NCBI GenBank assembly: GCA_000091205.1
Contig: AP006502.2
Strand: one strand, 5' to 3'
From: Cyanidioschyzon merolae
Taxonomy: Eukaryota
Length of the DNA: 64,000 bases
Below are positions 34,450 to 45,727 of this stretch, one piece after another; the first letter of the stretch is position 1, and the number at the start of each line of letters is the position of its first letter. The notes beneath the pieces were generated by a model, which was not told the origin of the DNA, made no database searches, and saw only the letters and a list, made by a program, of their open reading frames with translations. Both the position numbers and the translations under genes were made by a program.

Positions 34450-35100
34450 AGCCAGACGCGAGAAACGTGGGAGAGGGTTTTGTCGTGTAGTCGTCTTCGG
34501 GCGCAATATTGGTTTTCCTGCGAGGCGGTGCATAGCGGGCGCTCGAACACACGATGCCATGTACTGTATGGATCGCAGACGAATTGCCTTGGAGATATAC
34601 ATGCTTTACTGAACAGTCCAAGGAGGACTGCATTCATTCTTCGATTCAGTCATATCTCAGTAGTCAGATGGTTGAGGAGCGTTCAAGGAAATAAGTGGAT
34701 GTGCGGCGAGCCAATAACCGATATTCTGAAGCGTGCTTGTGGTTCATGGCAGAGAACGACCCGTTGATCATTGTCGGGAAAGCAACAGCGATGATCGCGG
34801 CCGCCACGGGCGTCTCTGTTTCTCAACGGCTTGTTTGTTTGGTCCTGAAAACATCGGGATACTGTCCAAGAAAGATTCCTAGTTCTTTGACGGCCATCTT
34901 CCACCTAAATCGCAACTATAGTGTTCCTGGAACGTCGCGACCGGTATGAAGCACAGGGACGACGGTTTGTTTTCTCAGTCGACGATCGTTCCATCGGATG
35001 ATACGGCCGGAGCCTATATGGGTATTCGTGGGGAAGGAGCCTGTTTTATGTGCGATCGAGCTCGAGGAAAGCGACGACATCAGCATCTGTTCCAGCTGCA
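34450..35100 (-). repeat. Dispersed repeat family 2, copy 1, about 600 bp
   Basis: The reverse complement aligns block by block with 47085-47660. Shared blocks are gaatacccatataggctccggc, cgactgagaaaaca, gatcaacgggtcgtt, and cagtcctccttg.actgttcag.aaag...ggcaattc.tct..gatccatac.gtacat.gcatcgtg. Confidence 0.6.
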
Positions 35101-36796
35101 ATGGATTCCTTTGGCGGCCTCAGTTTCGCAAGTAGAGAAGGCTCGTACAACAGCATCCTTTTTGTCGAATCATTGAAGACTTTTCCCGGATGTCTCGCAA
35201 CGCTCCTCTAATGAACAACGTGTCATTTCACCAGTCCCATTGCGTTCGAGCTCTTGCCGATTGTTTTCAGGGGCATAGCTCCTTTTCGTTCGTCCGTGGT
35301 CTACTTGCTTCGACGTCATCGAGGGAGTGTTTCCTATCGTAAAACGAAGTGATCGTTCAACTGGACGAATTGCGAAAGCTTTCGGCCCGCTCAGAGCGGT
35401 GCATATTTCGTATTTCTTCCGCGAGGCCTTCTCCATCCGGGGAGTTCCCGTATCGAAGAGCTTCAACAAGTGGGTTCGTTTGAAGAAATAAAAAGCTCAA
35501 AGGTTGAGCTAGGCTGTACACTTCTGAGGGTCGAGATGGAGAAAAGCCAGCGAAGCGGTTCTGCGACAGAATTATATGCATAGCTGACATAGCAGCAGAT
35601 GGGACAGAGTGCACGAGTCGTAGCAATCCTTGTAGTGATGAGTTCAAGCAGAGGCAGGAAACGCACAGGGTTCCTCAAACGAGACATGTCAACGCCACCA
35701 TTTGTATCAGACGATGTGCGGCGCTGAAGAAGAGAGCCGGTGCACTGACGCCATCCAACTTTTTGGGGCAGCTTCTGAGGCTCGAAATCTACAAGGAGAA
35801 GCTGAAGCCGTTAGCAGCGTGTCGGTTGAGAAATGCTGGGAAACGCGTATGAGTGGATACATATGTATCATCGATGGTCGAGAGTCATTTCTTGTTCCAC
35901 TGATCATGTATATGCCCGTAGAGACGCAACTTGGGAGCTCAGAGCTGTTCGCCCTGTCCACCCGTATCCCTCTATCGCCGTTCGTATGAACAGGTAAGGA
36001 AACATCACTTTTTGTGGCTTCTTCCGTTGTATTTCATCGAGAATTTTTCAAGTGGAATGGATCGTAAAATACACATTCTTGTACGTAGCGTTTTACAGGT
36101 TCTGTTCTGGGTGCACCACGTTCAGAACAACGACTGAACGAAGGGTGCTTCAGCCACCTGCTAACCATTGCGTAACGAACTTGTAGAAGTAAGGCTCTTT
36201 TTCGCAAGCTACGAGCGACAGCATCAGCGCATGCCGCGCCATGTCTCCAACATACAGGAGCCATTCTCTTCGTCGTATTCCTGGGAGAATATCAAACATG
36301 GACGATCAAGTTGTGGTAGTACAGGCTTTCCGGAATTCACTGCTCAGCGTCCAACGATGCGGATGTTCCGATCTTTGCAGAGCATCAGAGAAACAACACA
36401 GCAGCAGCAGAAGCAGCAGAAGCAGAAGCTGCTGCCTGTGGAATTTCTTGGCCACCTTGCCACCGTCTGCTCCCGGGAGCGCAAGCCGCAACACGGCCTG
36501 CCCAGAGAAGCATCCCGTCCCGTGCAGCGCTGAAGCGTCCGCATAAGCTCTGCGCGTTTCTTGTGTATGGTGATCGACGCCTACCTGGCATCGCGTGCCG
36601 TTCATTCGGAACTCGTGTTTGATCTGGGGAAACAACCGCACGGTAAATGCCTCGTGACGGCGTCACTGGCATCATCATGCGCAAGTTGATTGTCATGGTA
36701 CCCGCATGAGTGGCGTTCCACTCGATAACTACGACAACAACAACGCCACCGTGCCTGTATCCGTCACCGGCACTCCGCGGACACGCCGCTCATCGT

Positions 36797-39700
36797 TTAG
36801 GCGCTTAGCAACATGTTGAGCGCCTGCTCAACGTCGCCACGCGAGGCCTCAAGTGCCTGTCGGCTGGCGTCTGCACTAAAGCCCATGCTCATTAGCTGGT
36901 CCAGCTGGTCCGCAAAGGAAAACGTTGGCGCCGCGGCGGCCTCGTTCGCAGAAGCTCCGCGAGTCGTGTTCCAATTCAGGACAGTTCCATCGAAGCGCAG
37001 GGGCTGGTCCATGGACGTTGCAACAGGGTGCAGCGGCTGGACCCGACTCACTGCAGTATCCGATTCGAGACGCAGTCTATCGGATGTCATCCAGTCCACG
37101 CAGGTGGCATCGAAGGCTTCATCGTCGCGACGCCATATGAGCACGAAAGCTTGCTCCAGAGCACTGGGATTTTGTCCAGCATCGAAAACTTTTTCATCGT
37201 TGTAGAGAAGCCAGCGCTTGTTCCGATAGACGTAGGCCACATAATGTCCCGTCTGGAGTGAAGCGCCCAGGTGAACCATAGCCGCCGCCAGCGCATACCG
37301 TGTACGGGAACTGGATGCCAGCGCAGCGGATGTCTCGGCTTCGGTATTTGCTGTCGGTTCTTCCTCGGGTGTCGATGCGCCGTTCGCCGCAGCCGAATTG
37401 GCGCTATCGAGTAGCCATTCGATAGCACGCTCGCCATCATGGTTACTGGCCTGAAGCGCTACTCGTGCCTGCTGCAAGGTGAAACCCATATCCATGAGGA
37501 GCCGTTCAGACGGGTCTATCCGAGTCAAGGCGCGCCCACTCGGTGTGCCCGACGCTGGCGCTTCTGCCGCTTCCATCCGACGCTCCGGAGGCAGACGATC
37601 CCATTCGGATTCGTCGACAACGAGCCAGGGTTTCATATCGAGAACGATGGTACCGTCGGCTCGCTGTTCGAGACCACGCTGCGGGTCTGAGAAGGTCACC
37701 GCGGTGGACACCTTGCGAGGCACCCAGTCCTCACCGGCCTCGAAGCGTCGCAGATGCATAATAAGAAAAGGTGGACACCGACTGGGGCTCTCTCTCCTTT
37801 CAGCCTGATTCGGATCGGCGACTCCGATCGATGCTCGACACGACGGGCACTGGAACGAGAGCAGCTCACTGGCAACGCTGAGGTCGAGGCATGCTGCCAG
37901 GGAGACACGCGCAGAGGATTCCTGGTCCTGCTCCGCGGAGATCGCCTTGCTCCTCGTTGAGTATTCAGCACCTCGGACCGACGACGCAATAGGCACGTAT
38001 AAGGAAGTTGCTTCCGTGGAGTTCATGCCAATGCGATGGCAACGCAAACATTCCGTTCGTTGAACCAGTGGAAAGATGAAGAAGCGGGCTGGGTCTCGAG
38101 TTCCTTGCCGCCGAGCCTCCGCCGTGCATCGACTAAGAAAATACTCGAGAAACTCGTGAGCGTCCTGCTGCCTTTTCGTCGCAAATTCCGGATGACCTTG
38201 CCCGATTAGGTTCTGAAACATTCGCGGTGCAATGCCCTGGGGCGGCTGGTACCGGCGCAACAGCCCTGCGCCCTCTGCTGGCGTCTGAACGTCACTTGTG
38301 GCGGGTGCAGGTTCCGGTTCGGGCGCTTCGGCCATTCTCGAAGGCGCCTCGTGATCCGGAGCTCCAGTTTTCACCGGTTTTGGCATCGTCGCGTGCTCGT
38401 GCTCATGGATTTTGGCTGCAGAGGCGCGCCCCAACTCATCGATGCGTTGTGGAGTGTGTTCACGCTTCCAGTACCGCTGGCTTAGCAAGCCATCCGCTAG
38501 CTTACGCATTTGACATTCAAAGCACTGCAGTGCACTGCCCGCCTCGCACCTCGTGTAATGGCGGTCCAAGGATTTGTTCTTGAATGGGAAGGAAAGCGCA
38601 CGAGGCTCTTGATACCAGCGATAGGGCGCAAATACCAGCGCGTAGATGCACTGGAGCACACTCGAGATATAGCACGTATTCCCCATATTCCGCATTCCAG
38701 TTGCGACGACATCAGGCGCATAGAGACTGGGATCCGTAATCCTGCGCAGACTCGGATTATGGTCCGAGAAATTGGATCCCAGCTCCTTCAAGTTAAGCTG
38801 GACATTCTGCTCTATCTCTAGTTCAATCAGGCTTTTCTCGGTCTTCTCCTCACGACGAATATCAATACCGAACTCGCTCAGATGCCGTTCAAGCTCTGGG
38901 TCTACACGGAGCTCGTCACAGACGTAGCAGTGTACGTCCGCTGTGCCGTCGGCGGTAATGGTACCGAGCTTCACCGCGACAGCATGATCCGCGTTCATCC
39001 CGCCATAGGCTTGAAAATGCTCCCATGCGTGATTCTTTCCACCGGTGCCATCAAAGTTCGTTCGCCCGCACCCAAGGTGCCCACACGAGAGACAGAGCCA
39101 AAGATTTTCGCGCAAATCGCAGGAGGAGCATTTTGCCGTGGAACGACTGAGCGATGTATCCACGTCGATTCCCTCCAAACGACAAACCGTGAGCGTGTGT
39201 TCGCACGGCTGCAACTGCAGCTCCCATGCCTGCACCTGCTCCTTGCGTGACATGGCCGCCGCTTCGTGCACGCTCTCTGCCAGCGTTATCCACGCTTCCA
39301 GCTGTGAGGCCGGGTAGGCCCCAGAGCGGAGATCCGAGCTCCAGTTCCGAGCCGACCCTGCCTCGGGCTCTCGAAGACAAGCTACCCAACACTTTGCAGC
39401 CACGTCGTAGATACCTTCCAAGCGCACTGGAGGAACTGGTGCTTCCAGGGACTCTGCACCCTGTATGGTGTAACCTTCGCTCGTTCGCAGAACTTGAGGC
39501 GCTAACGTGGCTGTTGTGCCTCGCTCGGCCTCTGCTGCATCCTTCTGAGCCTGCACCAGGGTGCTCTGCTCGAGACGATCAGCCTCCGCCAGCGGTGCTC
39601 TTCGCAAGTTCGCAAAAACTTGATGTTTCGTCTTTCGGGTGTGAAGCTCCGCGTGTCTTCGGTATGCACAAAAACACTGCAAACAAGTCAAACAAACACA

Positions 39701-39802
39701 AACACCACCAGGAGAGTCAACGTCTTCAAAACAAAGCGAACACTCCTCTTTTTCAACGCAGTCGATCGACGGCACACCTGATCTATTCATTGTTTGATTC
39801 AC
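36797..39802 (-). CDS. USP5: Ubiquitin carboxyl-terminal hydrolase, USP5/isopeptidase-T type (ZnF-UBP + USP + 2xUBA)
   Basis: A cryptic zinc finger sits at the N-terminus, followed by a ZnF-UBP domain (CSSCDLRENLWLCLSCGHLGCGR..HAWEHF). The catalytic Cys box is GMRNMGNTCYISSVLQ and the His box is GHYVAYV. There are two UBA domains (MDMGFTLQQARVALQASNHDGERAIEWLL and LMSMGFSADASRQALEASRGDVEQALNMLL). Confidence 0.92.
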   Translation of the reverse strand: MNQTMNRSGVPSIDCVEKEECSLCFEDVDSPGGVCVCLTCLQCFCAYRRHAELHTRKTKHQVFANLRRAPLAEADRLEQSTLVQAQKDAAEAERGTTATLAPQVLRTSEGYTIQGAESLEAPVPPVRLEGIYDVAAKCWVACLREPEAGSARNWSSDLRSGAYPASQLEAWITLAESVHEAAAMSRKEQVQAWELQLQPCEHTLTVCRLEGIDVDTSLSRSTAKCSSCDLRENLWLCLSCGHLGCGRTNFDGTGGKNHAWEHFQAYGGMNADHAVAVKLGTITADGTADVHCYVCDELRVDPELERHLSEFGIDIRREEKTEKSLIELEIEQNVQLNLKELGSNFSDHNPSLRRITDPSLYAPDVVATGMRNMGNTCYISSVLQCIYALVFAPYRWYQEPRALSFPFKNKSLDRHYTRCEAGSALQCFECQMRKLADGLLSQRYWKREHTPQRIDELGRASAAKIHEHEHATMPKPVKTGAPDHEAPSRMAEAPEPEPAPATSDVQTPAEGAGLLRRYQPPQGIAPRMFQNLIGQGHPEFATKRQQDAHEFLEYFLSRCTAEARRQGTRDPARFFIFPLVQRTECLRCHRIGMNSTEATSLYVPIASSVRGAEYSTRSKAISAEQDQESSARVSLAACLDLSVASELLSFQCPSCRASIGVADPNQAERRESPSRCPPFLIMHLRRFEAGEDWVPRKVSTAVTFSDPQRGLEQRADGTIVLDMKPWLVVDESEWDRLPPERRMEAAEAPASGTPSGRALTRIDPSERLLMDMGFTLQQARVALQASNHDGERAIEWLLDSANSAAANGASTPEEEPTANTEAETSAALASSSRTRYALAAAMVHLGASLQTGHYVAYVYRNKRWLLYNDEKVFDAGQNPSALEQAFVLIWRRDDEAFDATCVDWMTSDRLRLESDTAVSRVQPLHPVATSMDQPLRFDGTVLNWNTTRGASANEAAAAPTFSFADQLDQLMSMGFSADASRQALEASRGDVEQALNMLLSA

Positions 39803-39996
39803 CCTAGTCTGCGAGTTCGTATACGCAGCACGTCAGCGCAGAGCTCGTCGCTTGTTCAGAAGCGCGTACGCTCGGATCGACCATGGGAATGGCGGCAGTG
39901 CCGCGTGCAGCGCTGCAGGGCAACGATCGCCAAGCGTCGGCTGCTGCAGCTCCGAGCGATGCGAGGCTCCGACCGGCCCAGTGGACTGGTGATGGT

Positions 39997-40220
39997 GATC
40001 CATGGTCAAGAGTGTGGAGGATATGGAGGCACGTACCTGATCCATGGTCAAGAGTGTGGAGGATATGGAGGCACGTACCTGATCCATGGTCAAGACTGTG
40101 GAGGATATGGAGGCACGTACCTGATCCATGGTCAAGACTGTGGAGGATATGGAGGCACGTACCTGATCCATGGTCAAGACTGTGGAGGATATGGAGGCAC
40201 GTACCTGATCCATGGTCATG
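39997..40220. repeat. 42-bp minisatellite, 5 complete units plus a partial one (unit gatccatggtcaagagtgtggaggatatggaggcacgtacct)
   Basis: The unit boundaries are at 39997, 40039, 40081, 40123 and 40165. Units 1-2 carry agagtg and units 3-5 carry agactg, otherwise the units are identical. The array lies about 195 bp upstream of the USP5 start codon in the divergent intergenic region. Confidence 0.9.
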
Positions 40221-40766
40221 CTGGTGCGCCCGAGGAAACTCGTCCAGACTCACTGATTTCGTGTCGGAGACGAAACTACGACATCCGTACGGGTAACGTA
40301 TAGGCGCGTGTTGCACCAACGCGATGCAGCTCGAAGCTCGCTGCGCGGAGGCTGTCTCTTTTTTGTGGCTCTATCTCGAGGGAGAACTCATTCGGATTAG
40401 AGTAGTCTGGGCTTTACTGGACGCGATTGTGGCACAGGAGGAACTGAGGTCTCTGGTCTGCTTACTGGCAGCGTTTGCGCTGTCGAAGATGTCCAGTTCA
40501 GCGCGTTGGCCCCGGAACGGTCGTACGCCGGAATTGAGCGGCGGTGCCGTTGGCGGCTCGCATTGCTCCCGCGAAGCGCCTCTCTGGACGAAAAAACTGT
40601 GAGGGATTCCTGGAAGAGTCGGCGTCCGATGGATCTGCATGTGTTCCTTCTATTCCTAAAAGATACTTACGACCTGAACTTGAGATATGCAAGAACGTGT
40701 TCAGATGCTCGATGATCTCTTCCCTGGCGTTCGAGCAGCATAAGCAGCGCGCTCAAGAGTACAAGA

Positions 40767-41729
40767 TTGACGCACCTGCTGCACGGCATCATGGAATCAC
40801 GTGCCTGCGTTTGCGGCACACGCGAGATCGCCCGCCGCACGCTGCGCCGCTGCAGGCGAAGCGCGCGCGCTGGAGTGCCGACGGGTGCCCCAGCCAGCGG
40901 CAAGCGGGTGATAACACCAGCGACATGTTCGGGCACAGGCTCGTGTGCACTTTCGATGTTCGCGTTTCTACCAGTAGCAAAGGCGGTTTTCCCGATCTTT
41001 TGTCGAAGTTTTCCATCACACGCTAGGTTTAACGAAGCACTGGGTCAGCGTAGGCACGCTTGCGGGTTCGTTCGTATTACGAGGCCGCGCTACGTGGCGC
41101 TTCGCGTTCGACGCCGGCACACCGTGCGTGGCGTTGCGAGAAGCCTCGTGGCGGTCGTGCGGCCCGGAGATGTTGCTCTAGTTCCATCACCGTATCCAGG
41201 CTCGGAGGACGCTGTTGTTTTGGTCGTTGGTCTCGACACAACTGGTCGAACGGCGGACGTCGTAACGTTGCACGCTGTTGGGCGCTCGGAAGACTCGGCG
41301 GTTTTGTACGAGCGCGAGGCAGGCGCTGCAACGCGCTTCGAGCGTGTCGATAAGCTGGCGCCCTTGAAGCGTGTTCAGCGGGATGAAACGAAGGATGTGT
41401 GGAAGGTGACCACAGCGGAACTTGAATCAGTGAAGGCTGCGTTCTTGTCACCCGCGGGACAAGCTGCCGTACAAGCCGAGATGGAACAGATCGAATCTAG
41501 CATTGATCGGCGCATATTTGAGCGTAGCCCGTCACCAGCACCGACGCGGACGCAGCTTCTGACTGGTTCGGGAATATGTGCCGGGGCCTCTGTGGCTTGC
41601 GTGGTAGCACTGTCTCAACACGGCAGTGATGGCCTAGCGTCAGCGTCTGGCGTACTTACGGCTGCCGCTTTCATTCTTTCCATTGTATCTGGAGGACTTG
41701 CTCTCGCTGCTTTGCGCCAACAACAATAG
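40767..41729 (+). CDS. Hypothetical 320-aa protein with a hydrophobic C-terminus
   Basis: The call rests on ORF length. The C-terminal segment AAFILSIVSGGLALAAL looks like a transmembrane or tail anchor. No family was recognised. Confidence 0.3.
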   Translation: MTHLLHGIMESRACVCGTREIARRTLRRCRRSARAGVPTGAPASGKRVITPATCSGTGSCALSMFAFLPVAKAVFPIFCRSFPSHARFNEALGQRRHACGFVRITRPRYVALRVRRRHTVRGVARSLVAVVRPGDVALVPSPYPGSEDAVVLVVGLDTTGRTADVVTLHAVGRSEDSAVLYEREAGAATRFERVDKLAPLKRVQRDETKDVWKVTTAELESVKAAFLSPAGQAAVQAEMEQIESSIDRRIFERSPSPAPTRTQLLTGSGICAGASVACVVALSQHGSDGLASASGVLTAAAFILSIVSGGLALAALRQQQ

Positions 41730-42419
41730 ATGAAGTGATGATGGAATACCATCAGCGCGGCTGACGCGTTATGAAACTGTACAACTCGGAGCGAGTCGTT
41801 ACCAGTTGTTCGCCTTTCAGACAAGAGTTTGTTGGGCGCCTCAGAAAACTAGATAGGTATGCACTGGACGGCAGCGAAGGGCGTTGGATTAGAATCCGGA
41901 ATGCAGCAGCGAAGCGCTCTTGGATTATGACGGAACGCTGTATCTCGAAGCAGACTGTCATAGGAACCCGCATCTGCAGACAGTTTGGTTGGAAACGCTC
42001 TATGGATCCGAGCTCTCCGTGGATGGCAAATGGAGCGCTGCACGGCATGTTTCCGCGTACGATACGCTTTCGCTAGGGCGCAGTGCATTGTTTCGGGCTC
42101 AGGACGAGGTCGTGGTGCTTGCGCGACCTCCCAGGACCCGACCTGTACGCATTTGGGCATGGGTCCAGTTCCGGATGCTACCATGCACCGGTTTCAAGTA
42201 AAAATGGGAAACTGAACTGCTCGCTCTGTTTCTGCCTAGCGATATCCCGCCGTAGATTAACGATTTACTGGCTCGATTTTGAGAAAGCAGCAGTACGGGC
42301 TCACGGATGCAAACATAGTTTTAGGATTCATGGTCGTCTTCGCGGAGTGGCTCCTTCCAAGCTTTGGCGTTGGAATTCCTTACGATACTGGAGTCACGAC
42401 TCCAGATGCCCTCGAACAA

Positions 42420-42900
42420 GCGTTCGTAAACTAATCGACATCATAATCCAGTGTATACGTACAGGCATCCAATCTTCCCATTTCGTTATATGGAGCATGC
42501 TCGGATCACACTTCGTACAAGTTTTCGATCATTCTAATTCATTGCAACTCGTCGAAATAGCAATACGAGGGAAAAAGCTCGACCTTGCCCCTTGACGACT
42601 TGTTCAGAAGCTCTCACCGGAACCTCACTAAACTGCTCACTGCAAATAACCGATTCTCCTCGAAGGGTATATGCTCATCATTTCTAGGCCATCGACGAAG
42701 TGGCGCTTGGTGGCCTCATGATACCTTTCGCATGATACGCTGCCTGGGGTTCCCGTCTCTTCGATTTGGGAGGGAAAGAGTGTTGCATTCGGACTCGGGA
42801 GATCACAGCGATCGCTTCTAGTGGAGTGCGCGCCACCGTTTTCCACGGCTGGGGCGTAGACCTATCGAAATTTCCTGGGTTGTCATCCTGCCTGAATTTT
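42420..42900 (-). repeat. Dispersed repeat family 1, copy C
   Basis: The minus-strand spurious peptide PLEAIAVISRVRMQHSFPPKSKRREPQAAYHAKG is homologous to the copy-A core. A downstream block containing atcgacatcataatccag is also shared. Confidence 0.5.
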
Positions 42901-45166
42901 TCCTGCGTTGCTTGGTTCATCAAGGACACGATCGCATTCCACAAATCCTCTAAAGAAATGGAACAGCATGCGCTTCCAGGTGCATCGAAAAGCGTCCTCG
43001 CAGCCGGCGATCGCCAAGACCAAACAGCGATCGTCGGGTACGGCACCGTGGAGTGCAGAAACGGAGTTCTGCATCAAGATGGACCTTTTCAACGCCTGTC
43101 AAGCGGCATGGATCGACCGATGAAGCAAGTGTCCTCGAAGCACAAGGTGACGCGCTTTGAGAGATGTTCGGTGGACGCATGTGAACCCCTGGCCACTCGG
43201 AAGTGTTGCCGCTGCGGGGACGCACCGATGCTGTACACAACGACGACGAATCCGGTAAGCGAAGCATGGATCGAAACATCCACATCTGCATGAGATTCAT
43301 CCATAACACCCGAGAAGGGAGAAACAGAGACTTGAATGCGGGTATCAACATTCTTGGATCGCTGGCAACCGAGCTCGACGGCCAGATACGGTCGGCGGAT
43401 GTACAGTTGGATATCAGAGAGTGGAAAAGAAGCAGTCAGACCAAAAACCCGCAATGACTAGCGCTGACGATCGTCGAAAGAGCCCAAACGGTTGTGTGTA
43501 CACCCGATTTGGAGTACCTGTCCATTGTATTCTTGACATGGGTATCAATATGATGAACGTCGATCGCGAATCAGGTATGTGGATGCCAAGGGCGCATGCG
43601 CAGACGCGCTCCGATAGGTTGCAAGCGACTTGATCTCTTCAAGGCGCAGCACGAACAACAGACGCATGATCCTTCAAACTGGCTTTGCATCTCGGAATGA
43701 GAAACTTATGGGAGCTGCTATGCGAGAGTTTGCAAGCTCGACTGTTCAAAGCCTGACCAAAGCGAATTTCGGTCTCTGGGTTTCACAGATACGACCGGTA
43801 ACTGCCAAAGACGTCGAGGCGAAAGTTTGCTTGTTTTTCGAAACGCGTTTGGCGCAACGAAAAGTATTGTGGCGCGTGACCAGCAACGGCAAGCAATTCC
43901 AGCAAAACGATGACAACCCACATGCGCGAGTGCTGACCACGCGGCTCAGTTGCGGACTAGAAACGCCTTCTTGAAACAACGTGGTTTGATCCCGCTCGTT
44001 CCTGCCTGGTGGAGAATTCCGATCCAGCAACCGAGCGCGTGCAGTGGGCACACCGAAGGACGTCGCCGACCTGGCGCCAGCATCGACTCGACGTGTCCAG
44101 TTGTCGCTAAACAGGATCATTTAGCTGGGGGCGCCTACGCACCAGTCACTGTGATGCGACCAAGACACAGCGATTGGAATACTTGGCTGTTTCTGAATTT
44201 GCGTAGAGCGTGACTTTCAAAGGGGCTGAGAAATGCAGCTGCGGACAGCACCCTGAGATCCTAAACAAGGCGCTTCCCAGAGATCTCTCAGCGCGCAGCG
44301 AACAACACGAATCTGCCAGTCGAAGCGAGAAGCGCGGATGCCGTCTGTACCTGCGCGTTGCCACAAGCCACGAGACTTTTTTGCAAGCTTCACTTGCCAC
44401 TTTCGGAGCGCATGGTGTTGGTGAGCGGTATTGTTGCAGTTTTCCGAGCGAACGGCACGTCGCCACTGTCTGCATCGCTGCAGGTTCGAAGCAATCTGGT
44501 GGATACTCGTGAGCTGCCGAAAGGTACAACCTTCCTGCATGAGTGCTCGTCAGCGTTGTTTTTTATCTTCGTTGCAATTCAATGGCATCGACGCGCGCTG
44601 TTTCCGATATATTTAATGGTAACGGCTCCGGGACGCACGTTTAACAAGTACACCAGTTCGGAGCCGCGTCTTAATCGAGAAACGCGGGTCGTTGCAAATT
44701 CCTTGCAGAGCCAGAACGACACGCAGGATGTCGCGAAGCCGTCTACGCAATTCTACCGACTCCTTGACAAGTCCAACTTCATATGGAACACGAGCACGTC
44801 AATGAGAGCGTCCATAGTCTGTCTGGTTGCCAGAGAGGTGGCCCCTGAAAGCCGGCCTTTGCCGTCTCCTGAATCAGGGACGACGCAAACAATTGCACAC
44901 CGGAAACGAAACACGCTATTCGGAAACGTGGGTTCACCACGGCAAAGCCGCGTTCAGCGTGATACGCTCGCGTGTGGTTCACCGAAAAACGCGAGGCATA
45001 CCCTCGGCGGAACAAACCGCAGGGACCCCTGCCTGCATCGTCGCGGAATTTCAAACGCTTCCGAGCATGCTGGTCTCCGACTGCTTCCTCGGGCGTTCAG
45101 CGCTGCCGATGACGACCATCATAACCAGGGTTCACGACTTGGGGCGCCAAACGGATGTGGGGATTC

Positions 45167-45727
45167 TCACGATGGTGCGGGAAATCTGTCCGAGGACTCA
45201 TCCGCGGACAGGTGCTGCTCTAAGAGCGGCAGACGTTCGTGGAGAACCATTGCAAGATCTGTATTTTCCAGGACTCGCTCTCGTGCTGCTGTCTCAAGGT
45301 GTTGCAGCACTCGTTCAAGGTCCTCAACGAGCGATTCCGTGCTTTCGAGTTCTTTCCATTCGCGCTCACTGAGCGCGCCACTTGTATGCAAATCTGCAAT
45401 GGCTTGTCTTATAGAGTCAGACGAGGGTTTCGAGGCGCGCTTTCGCCAAACTGTTTCGGACGCCTCCAGTTTCCGTTGGACCGGTGTCGCAAGTTGTTGC
45501 TCGTCGTCCGACGCTCTAGTCCTCGGTCTGCGACCTGTACTCAGCCGCTGTGCAGATACAGGTTTGGGCGGCTGCAACGCGTCACCTGGTGCTACCTGTG
45601 AATCCGTTTCTGCGATTGAGACTAGACTGGTAATCCGGGGAGTTTCTGGCGGACTTTGATTCAACTGCGGGTTCTTCGGAGAACTATTCACTAGTGAAGA
45701 GCATGAACCCACGACATGGTGGTTCAT
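45167..45727 (-). CDS. Possible small coiled-coil protein of 186 aa, uncertain
   Basis: The ORF has protein-like composition and a charged helical C-terminal half. It overlaps an antisense 433-aa low-complexity ORF (44358-45659) that is rich in S and R and looks less protein-like. Confidence 0.25.
   Translation of the reverse strand: MNHHVVGSCSSLVNSSPKNPQLNQSPPETPRITSLVSIAETDSQVAPGDALQPPKPVSAQRLSTGRRPRTRASDDEQQLATPVQRKLEASETVWRKRASKPSSDSIRQAIADLHTSGALSEREWKELESTESLVEDLERVLQHLETAARERVLENTDLAMVLHERLPLLEQHLSADESSDRFPAPS

Noticed and set aside
39794-40319. ORFs of 169 aa (+) and 171 aa (-) containing repeated YGGTYLIHGQECGG or HGSGTCLHILHSLD peptides
   Set aside because: Both are reading-frame artefacts of the 42-bp minisatellite. 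42 is divisible by 3, so every frame on both strands stays open through the array. Identical peptide units from identical DNA units are not evidence of a repeat protein.
44358-45659. 433-aa ORF (+) rich in S, R and C
   Set aside because: The ORF has extremely low complexity, no domain, and overlaps a more protein-like antisense ORF. It is likely a chance open frame in GC-rich sequence. It was kept only as part of the gene-desert finding.
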